Assembly (NCBI GenBank): GCA_002269645.1
Contig: NIVC01001206.1
Location: 1 to 64,000 of the forward strand
Length of the DNA stretch: 64,000 nucleotides
Direction: 5' to 3'
DNA from: Macrostomum lignano
Lineage: Eukaryota
Positions within the stretch are counted from its first letter, which is position 1. Each line of letters begins with the position of its first letter. A program made the translations under genes and the position numbers. Positions 23,412 to 38,710 of the stretch are shown one piece after another. Under the pieces are notes generated by a model. The model had not been told where the DNA came from and made no database searches. It saw nothing but the letters and a program-made list of their open reading frames with translations.

Positions 23412-26400
23412 CTACACGTCGGATTGGTTCGAGAATTTCATGACGCTCCTCGGCGTTGGTGACGCCGACAGCCAATTGGGCGATTCGCAGGCTGACCTGA
23501 CCGACTGCGGTGCCGCGGCACAGAATGCGGATGCGAAGACGGTCGTCCGGTTCGCTGACGTCGCGGTGTTTTGCTGGCAGGTTGCTTCAGTGTTTAGCAG
23601 AGCGGAGTGGGGGGGGGGTGCAGTGCTTGCTGGAACTCCCGTTCGCGGGCTTTGGCGATGTCGCAAATCAAAAAGCGACAGCTGACCCTCTACCTCTCTC
23701 TCATCTACCTCTCCCCCTTTACATCTCTCTCCCATCTACCTCTCTCTCCCATCTACCTCTCTCTCCCATCTACCTCTCTCTCCTATCTACCAATCTCTCC
23801 TATCTACCACTCTCTCCCATCTACCTCTCCCCCCTTTACATCTCTCTCCTATCTACCTCTCTCTCCCATCTACCTCTATCCTCCTCTACCTCTTTGTCCC
23901 ACTCTACCATTTTCCCCCTCCTCCTCTGTCCCCTCTCTATCTCTCTCCCATCTACCTCTCTCCGCCCTCAACCTCTCTCCCATCTACCTCTCTATCATCT
24001 ACCTCCCCACTCTACCTCTGATCCCACTTTTTCCCCTACCTCCCAACCTCTCGCCCACGGCCCCGAGCAGGCACACGGATACGTACAGAGACGACTGCCA
24101 GACAGTCTTCATTGCAAAAAATGCAGATTCAAACAGATTTGACTCATATAGGCTAGAGATAAACACACAGATAAGAGAGATAAACACAGATAAGAGAGAT
24201 AAACACAGATGAGTGAGATAAACACAGATAAGAGAGATAAACACAGATGAGTGAGATAAACACAGATAAGAGAGATAAACACATAGATAAGAGAGATAAA
24301 CACACAGATAAGAGAGATAAACACAGAGATAAGAGAGATAAACACACAGATAAGAGAGATAAACACACAGATAAGAGAGATAAACACATAGATAAGAGAG
24401 ATAAACACACAGATAAGAGAGATAAACACAGAGATAAGAGAGATAAACACACAGATAAAAGCTAGCTTACAAAGTAGCGGCAGTGTCCCACACTGGGTTG
24501 CCATTGATGGCCTCCACGTCTACAGGTGAGACTCGTTTCTCCCGGCCGAGACTGATCATAACGCGCCATCTGGCGGTTTTGTTAAAATCTAAAATCATTT
24601 TAGACACTTTTTATTACACTGCTGTGTCTCACTAAATATTATCTAAAACAAAGCAATGAAACGAAATTCAGAAAATCAGGGGTCTTATTACTGAATGGCG
24701 ACGTCGGAACGCGAAGTCCCACTGCTCGAAAAACTGTAATTATGAATGGAATGATTGTCATGGAAACTACTATTGATAATACCGGGTGTACTTTTTGCAG
24801 TTCAATTGGCACATAGAATTTACAACTATAGGCTTCGTTGGATGTGTTGATCGAGAGGTAGGTTCCTTGAAGGAGAGTATTGAGCTAGAGAGAGAGGGAA
24901 AGGAAGGTAAAGGGAATAGGGAGATAGAGACGGAGAGAGGTTGAGAGGGACGTAGGTAGAGAGGAGAGAGTTAGAGGGGAGAGAGGAGGTGGGGGTAGAT
25001 GTAGATGGAGTGAGAAAGTTAGATGGGAGAGAGATAGATGGGAGAGAGGTAGATGGAAGAGAGGTAGATGGGAGAGAGGTAGATGGGAAAGAGATAGATG
25101 GGAGGGAGGTAGATGGGAGAGAGGTAGATGGAAGAGAGGTAGATGGGAGAGAGGTAGATGGGAGAGAGAGGTAGGGGGAGAGAGAGTTAGAAGGGAGAGA
25201 GATAGATGGGAGAGAGATAGATGGGGGAGAGGGATAGATGGGAGAGAGATAGATGGGGGAGAGAGATAGATGGGAGAGAGAGGTAGATGGGAGAGAAGTA
25301 GAGGGGGAGAGTGGTAGATGGGAGAGATAGATGGGAGAGAGGTAGATGGGAGAGAGGCACAGGGGAGAGAGGTAGATGGGAGAGAGGTAGATGGGAGAGA
25401 GGTAGATGGGAGAGAGATAGATGGGAGAGAGGTAGATGGGAGAGAGTTAGATGGGAGAGAGGTAGATGGGAGAGAGGTAGATGGGAGAGAGGTAGAGGGG
25501 AGAGGGAGAAATAGACTGAGAGTGTTAAGAAGCAATACCAATCTATGACCCCCCTAGTCTCAAGCTGTGCTAAATTCTAAGAAAGTCGCAGGTGTGCAAC
25601 AGACAAGCAGCTTCACTCACCAATAACGGTGACCGCAGCGCCAGGCTGCCAGCCAGGAGGGCAGTCGCTGTTCATGTTTTCAGAAACCCACAGAATCCGA
25701 CACAACTAAGCCGGTATTTTATACAAGTGTAGCATGAGCCACGGCAGTCTAAATCTTGCAATTAATATCAATTAATGTTTTTCTAGCTCTTGTTAGACCG
25801 AAAATGACATTCGATACAATTAGTTAGTTAACTTTTCGCAAGTTGGAATTGGCGCTGTATGAATTACACTCGTCAGGTGTAACTATAATACTCAATGGAA
25901 TTAAACTAATGAAGCTAGCGTGAGTCATCTGCATGCAACGAAGTCCATTGGTGTATTAAATTATGCCAATTTTGGTTACTTGTGTAATATTTGCACTATA
26001 AAGTTTACTCGTTAGACAGATTTATGTATATTGTGCTTGAATCTCCCTTCGCCCGCCGACATTTTCCCACCGACTCTTCCCTAACGACATTTACCCAACG
26101 ACATTTTCTAACCGTCATTTACCCACCGACATGTAACCAACGACATGAACTCACTGACATTTACCACCGACATTTACCACCGACATTTACAATCCGACAT
26201 TTACAATCCGACATTTACCCTCCGACATTTACCCTCCGACATTTACCCTCCGACATTTACCCTCCGACATTTACCCTCCGACATTTACCCTCCGACATTT
26301 ACCCTCCGACATTTACCCTCCGACATTTACCCTCCGGCATTTACACAACGAAATTTACCCACCGACATTTACCTACCGACATTTAGCAACCCACATTTAC

Positions 26401-29097
26401 TCACCGACACTCACCTTCGACATTTACTCACCGAAATTTACTCACCGACATTTACCCTCCGACATTTGCCCACCGCAATTCATAGATCAATTTTAGCTTA
26501 GCCTAAAGAGTTTTCGCTTACGACGTACATGTAATTTACTGTCCTATGCGAGAATACTGTCCTTTGCTCTTATAGACGGACTCCATAATTCTGTATTTGA
26601 GCTTTCTTATGTAGACTCCATTTTTTGGGACGTTTGCCTGTGGGAAGTTTGCCAGCTGACGTTTGCCAGCCGACGTTTGCCTGCGGGACGTTTGCCTGCC
26701 GACGTTTGCCTGTGGGACGTTTGCCAGCCGACGTTTGCCAGCCGACGTTTGCCAGCCGACGTTGCCAGCCGACGTATGCCTGCGGGACGTTTGCCAGCCG
26801 ACGTTTGCCAGCCGACATTGTCAGTGATACTGAATTTGATACTGAAATATTTTCAGTTTAGCCGTTTGAAAAAAAACGGTTTTTTAGTCCAACTTTTTAA
26901 CGATTATTCGCATGTATAAAAGTTCCGAAAGCAAAATCTATGCAAATTATGCAGTTCATCAGTCTAGCATCCAGTTTAACAACAATTTCTTTGAATGTGA
27001 AAATATTATAAAGTTTACTTCTGAGTTAAGCATATATAGGCGAGACTAGGCCAATACCATTATGGATGTCTCAGTCTTTTCCCATTTAGCTTGTAAGCAC
27101 TTAGCTTGTTTGGCCACTGAGATGGAAAATGTCCATTCCATGGCATTCATAGATATCAACCGTGACAATGGAAACTCCTATTTTGTATTTTTACCTTTCT
27201 ATTTAGGCAGACAAGAGCAATAACTTCAATAAGCCTGAACAGTAGTTTGTTAGTAACCTGTATATTTAATAGCAGTAGTAGGGAGCGAGGTGAAATTAGA
27301 TTAGTGCTGTGTCCACAGCTTTCAAATGCAAATACATGTAAGCCTAGAGAGGGCGTACTTCTTTCACCAATTGCCGCCTGCAAATGTCCGGCAGGCAAAC
27401 GTCGGCTGGCAAACGTCCGGCAGGCAAACTTAGTAGACCCATTTCTTTACTTCAAAGAAGCTTCAACAAGACAAAACTGTTTACTTAAAAATTGCTGACC
27501 CCGTTACTTAGAGTTACGGGAAAATTATCATTCCAAGTTGCCTGCTATAAAACAGATTTCATTCTCCTTGGCATAAACAGAAATACATATTTATTTTCAG
27601 CTACTGCAAGTAGTTAGCAATAATTCCAAATTAAATACATGTGACACATTTTACAGAGTTCATAACGCCAAATATTCTCTCGTGTTAAACAAGAAAGTAA
27701 AAAATATAGGCTAGGAAAAGTGTGTGGCAGGCAAAAGTCGGCGGGCGAATTTCGTTGGGCAAATGTCGATAGGTAAATGTCGGTGGGTAAATGTCGATAG
27801 GTAAATGTCGGTGGGTAAATGTCGATAGGTAAATGTCGGTGGGTAAATGTCGATAGGTAAGTGTCGGTGGTTAAATGTCGGTGGGTAAATGTCGGTGGGT
27901 AAATGTCGGAGGGTGAATGTCGGAGGGTAAGTGTCGGTGGGTGAATGTCGGTGGATGAATGTCAGTGGGTGAATGTCGGTGGGTAAATGTCGATAGGTAA
28001 ATGTCGGTGGGTAAATGTCGGTGGGTAAATTTCGGTGGGTAAATGTCGATAGGTAAATGTCGGTGGGTAAATGTCGATGGGTAAATGTCGGTGGATAAAT
28101 GTCAGCGGGTAAATGTCGGTGGGTAAATGTCGGTGGGTAAATGTCGATAGGTAAATGTCGGAGGGTGAATGTCGGAGGGTAAGTGTCGGTGGGTGAATGT
28201 CGGTGGATGAATGTCGGTGGGTGAATGTCGGTCGGTAAATGTCGGTGGGTAAATGTCGATAGGTAAATGTCGGAGGGTGAATGTCGGAGGGTAAGTGTCG
28301 GTGGGTGAATGTCGGTGGATGAATGTCGGTGGGTGAATGTCGGTCGGTAAATGTCGATAGGTAAATGACGTTGGACAAATGTCGGAGGGTAGGGTCGGTG
28401 AGTAAATGTCGATAAGTAAATGTCGGTGGTTAAATGTCGGAGGGTAAATGTCGGTGGGTCAACGTCGGTGGGTAAGTGTCGGTGAGGTACGGCGGGTGTA
28501 TGTCGATGGGCAAAATTCCGGCATGCAAACACTCTTCATTTTCATTATCAACTTCCTCTCCCTCTCGCCCCCCCCGCTCCGCCTGCCACTCTGTCCATAG
28601 CTGTAATTATATAATGTCCCTGATTGAAATTTTTCTTGTATTATTGAACAATAGTTCCCCAAGTTCATGTTTTGTATTCGGCAGCCCATTCATACAGGTA
28701 TTTTGTTGCTCAGAAATTTGATGCGGGAAAATCCATGCAAGCTGGCGGGTGAGCAGTTCCCGTAGAGGATTATCGCCCCTATCCCTATGCCAAGTTCGAA
28801 TTTCTAAGACTCAGTCAGCTGAGGGTGCGAAAACAGATGGGGAACGAAAACAGGGGGAGCCGATAGAGAGAGGATAAATTTCCTTTTTTCATTTATTATT
28901 ATCCCAGCACTGAGAACCAACTCATCTAAAACACAGTCGCTAATCCTCGAATACACAGCCTGAGCGGGTCTGAGTCTTCGTGGGGATTTTCTCCCCCCCC
29001 CCTCCCCTGACCTAAACTGACCCCAGAGCGGCCCTCGTGGCACACTTACCGGATACTCGTCCAGTCAGAGATATAGAGGCCTGGCAATGCGATATAT
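23412..29097 (-). CDS. Candidate micro-exon gene of unknown function
   Basis: Phase-compatible GT-AG exons: 29097-29050, (27234-27195), 25706 or 25667-25621, 24519-24471, 24094-24040, 23681-23412. They give ...LPGLYISDWTSIR...DCPPGWQPGAAVTVIDVEAINGNPVWDTAATFRLC...WELSLFDL.... Donors are good (gtaagt, gtgagt, gtaagc, gtaggg); the last acceptor is purine-rich and weak. Confidence 0.35.
23690..24035. repeat. CT-rich repeat (CTACCTCTCTCCCAT)n
   Basis: Direct reading. Reverse complement of the array at 24890-25510. Confidence 0.9.
24150..24460. repeat. 19-21-bp repeat (AGATAAGAGAGATAAACAC[AC])n
   Basis: Direct reading. Confidence 0.92.
24890..25510. repeat. GA-rich 15-bp repeat (GATGGGAGAGAGGTA)n
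   Basis: Direct reading. Confidence 0.92.
26050..26470 (+). repeat. 14-bp minisatellite (CCGACATTTACCCT/A)n
   Basis: Direct reading. Inverted partner at 27725-28515. Confidence 0.92.
26628..26818 (+). repeat. 14-bp minisatellite (GACGTTTGCCAGCC)n
   Basis: Direct reading. Short inverted partner at ~27380-27430 (GGCAAACGTC...). Confidence 0.9.
27725..28515 (-). repeat. 14-bp minisatellite (AAATGTCGGTGGGT)n, reverse complement of 26050-26470
   Basis: Direct reading. Confidence 0.92.
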
Positions 29098-29489
29098 CTA
29101 GAATTTGATTCTACTGTAGGCGCTCACCAAACTGCGAAAGTAGGAAAATATAGATAGTGATTGATTTTTTATAGTTTCCCTCAGTTATTTCCTAACCCGA
29201 GAGATACTATTCTTATTGCTCTTAATTGCGAAAGAGACTCAAAATGGTCGACGGTACTATCAACGAATTGTGAAAAATTCCGTTTTTTACCTGTTGCTCA
29301 GCCGTTATTTGACACGTGCTGTTAGAAAAAAGGACAGGAAAACTTTTAATCCTGTAGATTTAATAAGGATAAGTTGGGCTATAGTCAACACAAATTTCAG
29401 ACTGAGAAACTGGATTTTAAAAAAGCTATATATAGTGAAACCATTAACTTTTTACGGTTATATTTTAAAAAAAGATTTCTGAATAGTTA

Positions 29490-29712
29490 CATCAGATTCT
29501 ATTTTTAGAACTTGCTGGATAATTACGTCAGATTCTATTTTTAAACTTGCTGGATATTTACGTCAGATTCTATTCTTAGAACTTGCTGGATAATTACGTC
29601 AGATTCTATTTTTAAACTTGCTGGATAATTACGTCAGATTCTATTCTTAGAACTTGCTGGATAATTACGTCAGATTCTATTTTTTAAACTTGCTGGATAA
29701 TTATCAGATTCG
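29490..29712. repeat. 35-36-bp tandem repeat (CAGATTCTATTTTTAGAACTTGCTGGATAATTACGT), about 6 copies
   Basis: Head-to-tail, no spacers. Confidence 0.9.
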
Positions 29713-30719
29713 ATTATGAGACGCAATTATTCGCTAGAATTTTTATGACAGGTTCAATACACAGTGTTTTTGCTACTGTATTGGACTACCAATGTTACTA
29801 GAAGTGGCAAACTTCTATCCACCAACATTACTTGCGCAAGTCAAGGTGACAGTCGACAGTTCGACGAATTTGTCTATGGTAAAACCCCATTTTCTAGAGA
29901 GAACTAAATGCACTTAGCATTATCGCAACCATGCCTGATCCAATACTCTCTGTTTTAAGTTAACTATGCCAATTAGTAAGCAGCCAATCCAAAAGAAGAA
30001 AATTAAAACTCTATTTATTTTAAACATCTGGACACGACAATATATTTTTGTTTAGAACTTTTCTTCTGGATAATAAACCAATTAAGAAACATAAACAGCT
30101 TAGCTGACCCACAAAACCAGCTCGTATAAAGTATGATATAATAATGATATATAGACTGCAAAACAAGCAGTCATAGGGTCGGGAATCAGCCTCAAGACAA
30201 ATATTAAAAGCGTTAGACTTGCACGAAACGAACAAATATTTGAAATTGATTGCGGATGGAAATACGAAAAAAACACAATTAACATGGGAAAAAACTTCGA
30301 AAAGAATTCTAAAAGCAAGCACAAAAATCACAATGGACCAACTCATAGTCAGAGGATAATTGTTGGCCTCTAACTAAAAAAAATTCACGAGTTGTCCATG
30401 GTCCCAAGTTGTTAACAATGCTAATTCAGTGTGGCAATCTTAAATTATTAAGTTGTTGAATTTTGTTACTACCAGAAATATCCTTAAAAGAATCACAAAA
30501 CAGGAAGTAAACAAGTACAAAACTTTACAAACAAAAAAAAAAAAAAACGCACGCTAAACTAAAAACAATGAACAATTTAAATTGTTTGCGGAAACAGAAC
30601 TCACATGTCAAAACAACTTTAAATTTTATTTCTTTGTTTTCTTTTTTCTGTTACCTAAAGTATGCTTGCGATTTTCTTATATATCTTACGGTATCCCAGT
30701 TCTCTTACCCTTTTCGTAC

Positions 30720-30940
30720 GATATCCCAATACCCTCCAGCGATATCCCAATACTCTCTAACGATATCCCAATACCCTCCAACGATATCCCAATAAACTCC
30801 AAAGATATCCCAATACTCTCTAACGATATCCCAATACCCTCCAAAGATATCCCAATACTCTCTAACAATATCCCAATACCCTCCAAAGATATCCCAATAC
30901 CCGCCAACGATATCACAATACCCTCCAAGGATATCCCGAT
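30720..30940. repeat. 21-bp tandem repeat (GATATCCCAATACTCTCTAAC)
   Basis: Direct reading. Abuts the stop of the M13-like gene. Confidence 0.9.
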
Positions 30941-30954
30941 TCCCACAAAATCGT

Positions 30955-33870
<2,916 letters not shown>

Positions 33871-34109
33871 GATTATCTTTGAGTTAGTCAGTCCAGTAAG
33901 GAAGAGATTCTGGGTAGGGTCCGGAGGTCTCTGGCGATATAGTTTCTTAGAAATGCCAGCAATGCGTCCCTAGACGGTTTCTGATTGGCTGAGAGCTTTC
34001 CAAGCCTATGACTGTTGAGTGACAGATCCGGGTGAGGGAGAGAGAAGAATTTATGGAATCTAGGATTCTGTTGAATTTGATTCTGAAATCATACGCCAGA
34101 AATGGCGGA

Positions 34110-34875
34110 TTGGGCGCCACACGACTGGTAGATAAGGCGCCAGATTGATGGTAGATTAGGCGCCAGATTATTGGTAGACTGGGTGCCAGATTAATGGTAG
34201 ATTAGGCGCCAGATTAACGGTAGATTAGGCGCCAGGTTGACGGTAGATTAGGCGCCAGGTTGACGGTAGATTAGGCGCCAGGTTGACGGTAGATTAGGCG
34301 CCAGGTTACCGGTAGATTAGGCGCCAAATTAATGGTAGATTTGACGCTATATTAATGGTAGACTGGGCGCCAGATTATTGGTAGATTAGGCGCCAGATTA
34401 ATGGTTAGATAAGGCGCCAGATTATTGGTGGACAGGGTGCCAGATTAATGGTAGATCAGGCGCCAGGTTAATAGTAGACTGGCGCCAGATTAATGGTAGA
34501 TCAGGCGCCAGGTTAATAGTAGACTGGCGCCAGATTAATGGTAGATTAGGCGCTAAATTAATGGTAGATTAGGCGCCAGATTAACGGTAGATTAGGCGCC
34601 AGATTATTGGTAGATTAGGCGCCAGATTAATTGTAGATCAGGCACCAGATTAATGGTAGATCAGGCGCCAGGTTAACGGTAGATTGGCGCCAGATTAATG
34701 GTAGATCAGGCGCCAGGTTAACGGTAGATTGGCGCCAGATTAATGGTAGATTAGGCGCTAAATTAATGGTATATTAGACGCCAGATTAATGGTAGATTAG
34801 GCGCCAGATTATTGGTAGATTAGGCGCCAGATTATTGGTAGATTAGGCGCTAGATTAATGGTAGATTAGGCGCCA
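34110..34875. repeat. 22-23-bp tandem repeat (GGCGCCAGATTAATGGTAGATTA)
   Basis: Direct reading, about 33 diverged copies. Confidence 0.93.
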
Positions 34876-35189
34876 TCGTCAACGTTCAGATCAAAGTTTC
34901 AATACAGAGTTATAACAAACTTGAACAAAGGCAAATTCAGCTGTAACAGTTAGCTAATTAATTATTCCTTTTAGTCATTTTTAACGCCGTCTTAATCTCT
35001 TTATAGCGATAGCTTCAATTCTGTACCAGATCAGTCCAGCTACTCTTCATTAATAAATAATTTTTTACACTCAAAACACAGTTACTTAATCAGAGGGTGG
35101 AACGGTTTCCCAGTACATGTATTTAGATGGGTTTAAAGGAGCCATAGGTATGGGGAACGGAATGAAATAGAAATGAAGAAGGAGAGGTG

Positions 35190-35945
35190 GAGGGGAGCAG
35201 AGAGGGAAAAGAGAGAAGAACAAAGAGGGGAACAAAGAGTGGAGCAGAGAGGGGAACAGAGAGGGAAGCAGAGAGGGGAGCAGAGAGGGGAGCAGAGAGG
35301 GGAGCAGAGAGGGGAGCAGAGAGGGGAGCAGAGAGGGGAGCAGAAAGGGGAGCAGAAAGGGGAACAGAGAGGGGAACAGAGAGGGGAGCAGAGAGGGGAG
35401 CAGAGAGGGGAGCAGAAAGGGGAGCAGAGAGGGGAACAGAGAGGGGAACAGAGAGGGGAGCAGAGAGGGGAGCAGAGAGGGGAACAGAAAGGGGAGCAGA
35501 GAGGGGAACAGAGAGGGGAACAGGGAACAGAGAGGGGAGCAGAGAGGGGAGCAGAGAGGGGAGCAGAGAGGGGAGCAGAGAGGGGAGCAGAGAGGGGAGC
35601 AGAGAGGGGAGCAGAGAGGGGAGCAGAGAGGGGAACAGAAAGGGGAGCAGAGAGGGGAACAGAGAGGGGAACAGGGAACAGAGAGGGGAGCAGAGAGGGG
35701 AGCAGAGAGGGGAACAGAAAGGGGAGCAGAGAGGGGAGCAGAGAGGGGAACAGAGAGGGGAACAGAGAGGGGAGCAGAGAGGGGAACAGAGAGGGGAGCA
35801 GAGAGGGGAACAGAGAGGGGAACAGAGAGGGGAGCAGAGAGGGGAACAGAGAGGGGAGCAGAGAGGGGAACAGAGAGGGGAACAGAGAGGGGAGCAGAGA
35901 GGGGAACAGAGAGGGGAACAGAGAAGGGAACAGAGAGGGGAACAG
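35190..35945. repeat. 12-bp purine repeat (GAGAGGGGAGCA/ACA)n
   Basis: Direct reading. Source of the ORFs at 35086-36002. Confidence 0.95.
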
Positions 35946-36118
35946 GGGCTGAAGTGAGTGCCAAGAGTGGAGAGGGAGATGATGTGAAACGCAACCAAGC
36001 ACACTAATGATGAATGCCCCGTAAACTTCAATCCATTTTCTTTTCCTAACAACCCGTCAAATATTTCTCCGAGAGGTGTTGTTGCTAACGCGGAAACCAA
36101 TTTTTGCCAGACAATTTG

Positions 36119-38710
36119 TCAGCTGATGGAGTATGGAAAATCCGTGTGAGTTTGGAACCGGGCGGTACTGTTGGTCAGCTGTCTCTCACTGGAAACTGCT
36201 TGTAGCTTCGATACGAGTGGAAACAAAGGCAGCATTTCGTTGGCAAACAATGAATCTGTTTGCTTTTTGGCTACTTACCATGCAAGCAGATTGTCTTTGT
36301 TGCCAAGGTGCGTTTTTTTCTACTCTGAATAAGTAAGGTAATGTAAAAAACACATCAAATCCCTTGGCAAAACTAAGATGAAGGCTGATAGTGGCAATCT
36401 CCGGCTTATCAGAGGACTAATAATTGCGCTGGAATCTGCATGCTGCCTTACAAGCATATCTCTGCTTGGCTGAGAGTATTTCTCAACTGTATAACTTATT
36501 AGCCTGCCAGCCCGAGGGTGGAACGCTATATTGCATGTGTTCTGAGCAATTTCCACTGTTGCTGTGTGCTGGCTTTGCAATCCAATCTCTCTCTGCTTCT
36601 CTGTGAGTCTCCTCCCCTGGACCTGTCCCCTCTTCTCTCCCCTCCTCTCTCTTCTCCTCTCTCTTCTCCTCTCCCCTCCTCTCTCTTCTCCTCTTCCCTC
36701 CTCTCTTCTCCTCTCCCCTCCTCTCTCTTCTCCTCTCCCCTCCTCTCCCTTCTTCTGTCCCCTCTCCTCTCCCCTTCTCTCCCCTCCTCTCATCTCCTCT
36801 CTCTCCTTTCTCTCCTCTCCTCTACTCTCTCTCTCTTCTTTCCTCTCCTTTCTTCTCCTTTCCTTTCCTCTCAAACTCTCAATCTACAAACTCGCCAGCT
36901 GCGCACAGCTCCTGTCACAGAAACTCTACATTACTCTCTACATGACTCTCTACATTACTCTCTACATTACTCTCTACATGACTCTCTGCATTACCACTCG
37001 AACTGCTATCCAGCCATCACTATGAGCCGAATAAGACATTGAGAATCAAACTTGACTGCCCAAAGGTAACAAAAATCACACCGAGAGCTAGGGGCTAAGT
37101 GTAGTTGAAAGGCCCCTCAAAAAACCCGCAGGGCTCAGGTTTCGATTACGTAACAGCAATGAGCTGAGGGCTCAAGCTCGTTGGAGCGGGGCTTGTGCTA
37201 TCTCACTAAGACTAACCCTCAGGCCTCTGCAACTACCTTTAAAAGCTTCAACGAAAGAAAACTGCTAGCTTAAATCTGCTTTAGTAGGGACACAAAAATG
37301 GCTGAAGCAACAGTTCTTGACATAGGGCTGATGCCGGGATCCAATCTCCGAGAAGACGTTTCATAACACCGCCTTTATAGTGTTCAAATTTTGTTACTCT
37401 TAACGAGTTCCAGGTCAAGTTTGACAAGACTAAAATTTAACAAGAAATGTCCCAGTCCGTGTTGTCTTGTTCTGAGTTTAATTATTGCAGCTGCTTTCGG
37501 CCAACACAGATTCCTTGATTCAGTCTTGCATGATATCTGTTGGCAAGAAAATGAGTTTAGTTTAGCTTCATCTACTTTAGTATAGCTTAGTTTATTTTAA
37601 GTTAAGATAAGTTTAGTTTAGTTTCATAAGGACTATTTTATGTTATTTTAATTTACTTTAGTTTAGTTTAGTTTAGTTTAGTTTAGTTTAGTTTAGTTTA
37701 GTTTAGTTTAGTTTAGTTTAGTTTAGTTTAGTTAACTTTTTTTGATTTAGGCTAGTTTGTTTTAGTTTAGTTTAGTTTAGTTTATTTTAGTTTAGTTTAG
37801 TTTAGTTTAGTTTAGTTTAGTTTAGTTTAGTTTAGTTTAGTTTAGTTTAGTTTAGTTTAGTTAACTTAGTTTGATTTAGGCTAGTTCGTTTTAGTTTAGT
37901 TTAGTTTAGTTTAGTTTAGTTTAGTTTAGTTTAGTTAACTTAGTTTGATTTAGGCTAGTTTGTTTTAGTTTAGTTTAGTTTAGTTTAGTTTAGTTTAGTT
38001 ACCTTAGTTTGATTTAGACTAATTTATTCTAGTTTAGTTTAGTTTAGTTTAGTTTAGTTTAGTTTAGTTTAGTTTAGTTTAGTTTAGTTATTTAACTTAT
38101 TTTGATTCAGGCTAGTTTGTTTTAGTTTAGTTTAGTTTAGTTTATTTTAGTTTAGTTTAGTTTAGTTTAGTTTAGTTAAGTTTAGTTTAGTTAACTTAGT
38201 TTGATTTAGACTGTTTTGTTTTAGTTTAGTTTAGTTTAGTTTAGTTTAGTTTAGTTAACTTATTTTGATTTAGGCTAGTTTGTTTTAGTTTAGTTTAGTT
38301 TAGTTTAGTTTAGTTTAGTTTAGTTTAGTTTAGTTTAGTTAACTTAGTTTGATTTAGACTAGTTTTTTTTTAGTTTAGTTTAGTTTAGTTTAGTTAAGTT
38401 AACTTAGTTTAATTTAGACTAGTTTGTTTTTAGTTTAGTTTAGTTTAGTTTAGTTTAATTAACTTAGTTTGATTTAGACTAGTTTGTTTTTAGTTTAGTT
38501 TAGTTTAGTTTAGTTAACTTATTTTGATTTAGACTAGTTCGTTTTAGGCTAGTTTATTTTAGTCTAGTTTAGTTTAGTCTAGTGTAGTTTATTCTATTTT
38601 TTTATTTTAGTCTTGTTGACTAACTATTCCGCTTAGTTTCAGTTGCCCGCAGGTATCACTCCAGCCCCCGGGCTTGACCAGTTCTTCATGCAGATCAGGC
38701 TGTATTTTGA
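36119..38710 (-). CDS. Candidate multi-exon gene of unknown function
   Basis: Best-supported joins: exon ending 36452 (RDML|gtaagg), exon 36324-36279 (ttattcag|SRKKRTLATKTICLH G|gtaagt), and exon 36198-36119 ending in TGA; phases agree. Possible upstream exons near 37524 (ttttcttgccaacag|) and 38625-38700. No domain recognised. Confidence 0.4.
36600..36870. repeat. CT-rich low-complexity tract
   Basis: Direct reading. Confidence 0.85.
37590..38600. repeat. (TTTAG)n pentanucleotide array with periodic TTGATTTAGACTAG interruptions
   Basis: Direct reading. Confidence 0.95.

Noticed and set aside
23600-23625. Homopolymer frameshift that would fuse the micro-exon gene with the coiled-coil ORF
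   Set aside because: The required frame has a TGA a few codons after the poly-C run, so an indel there does not join them.
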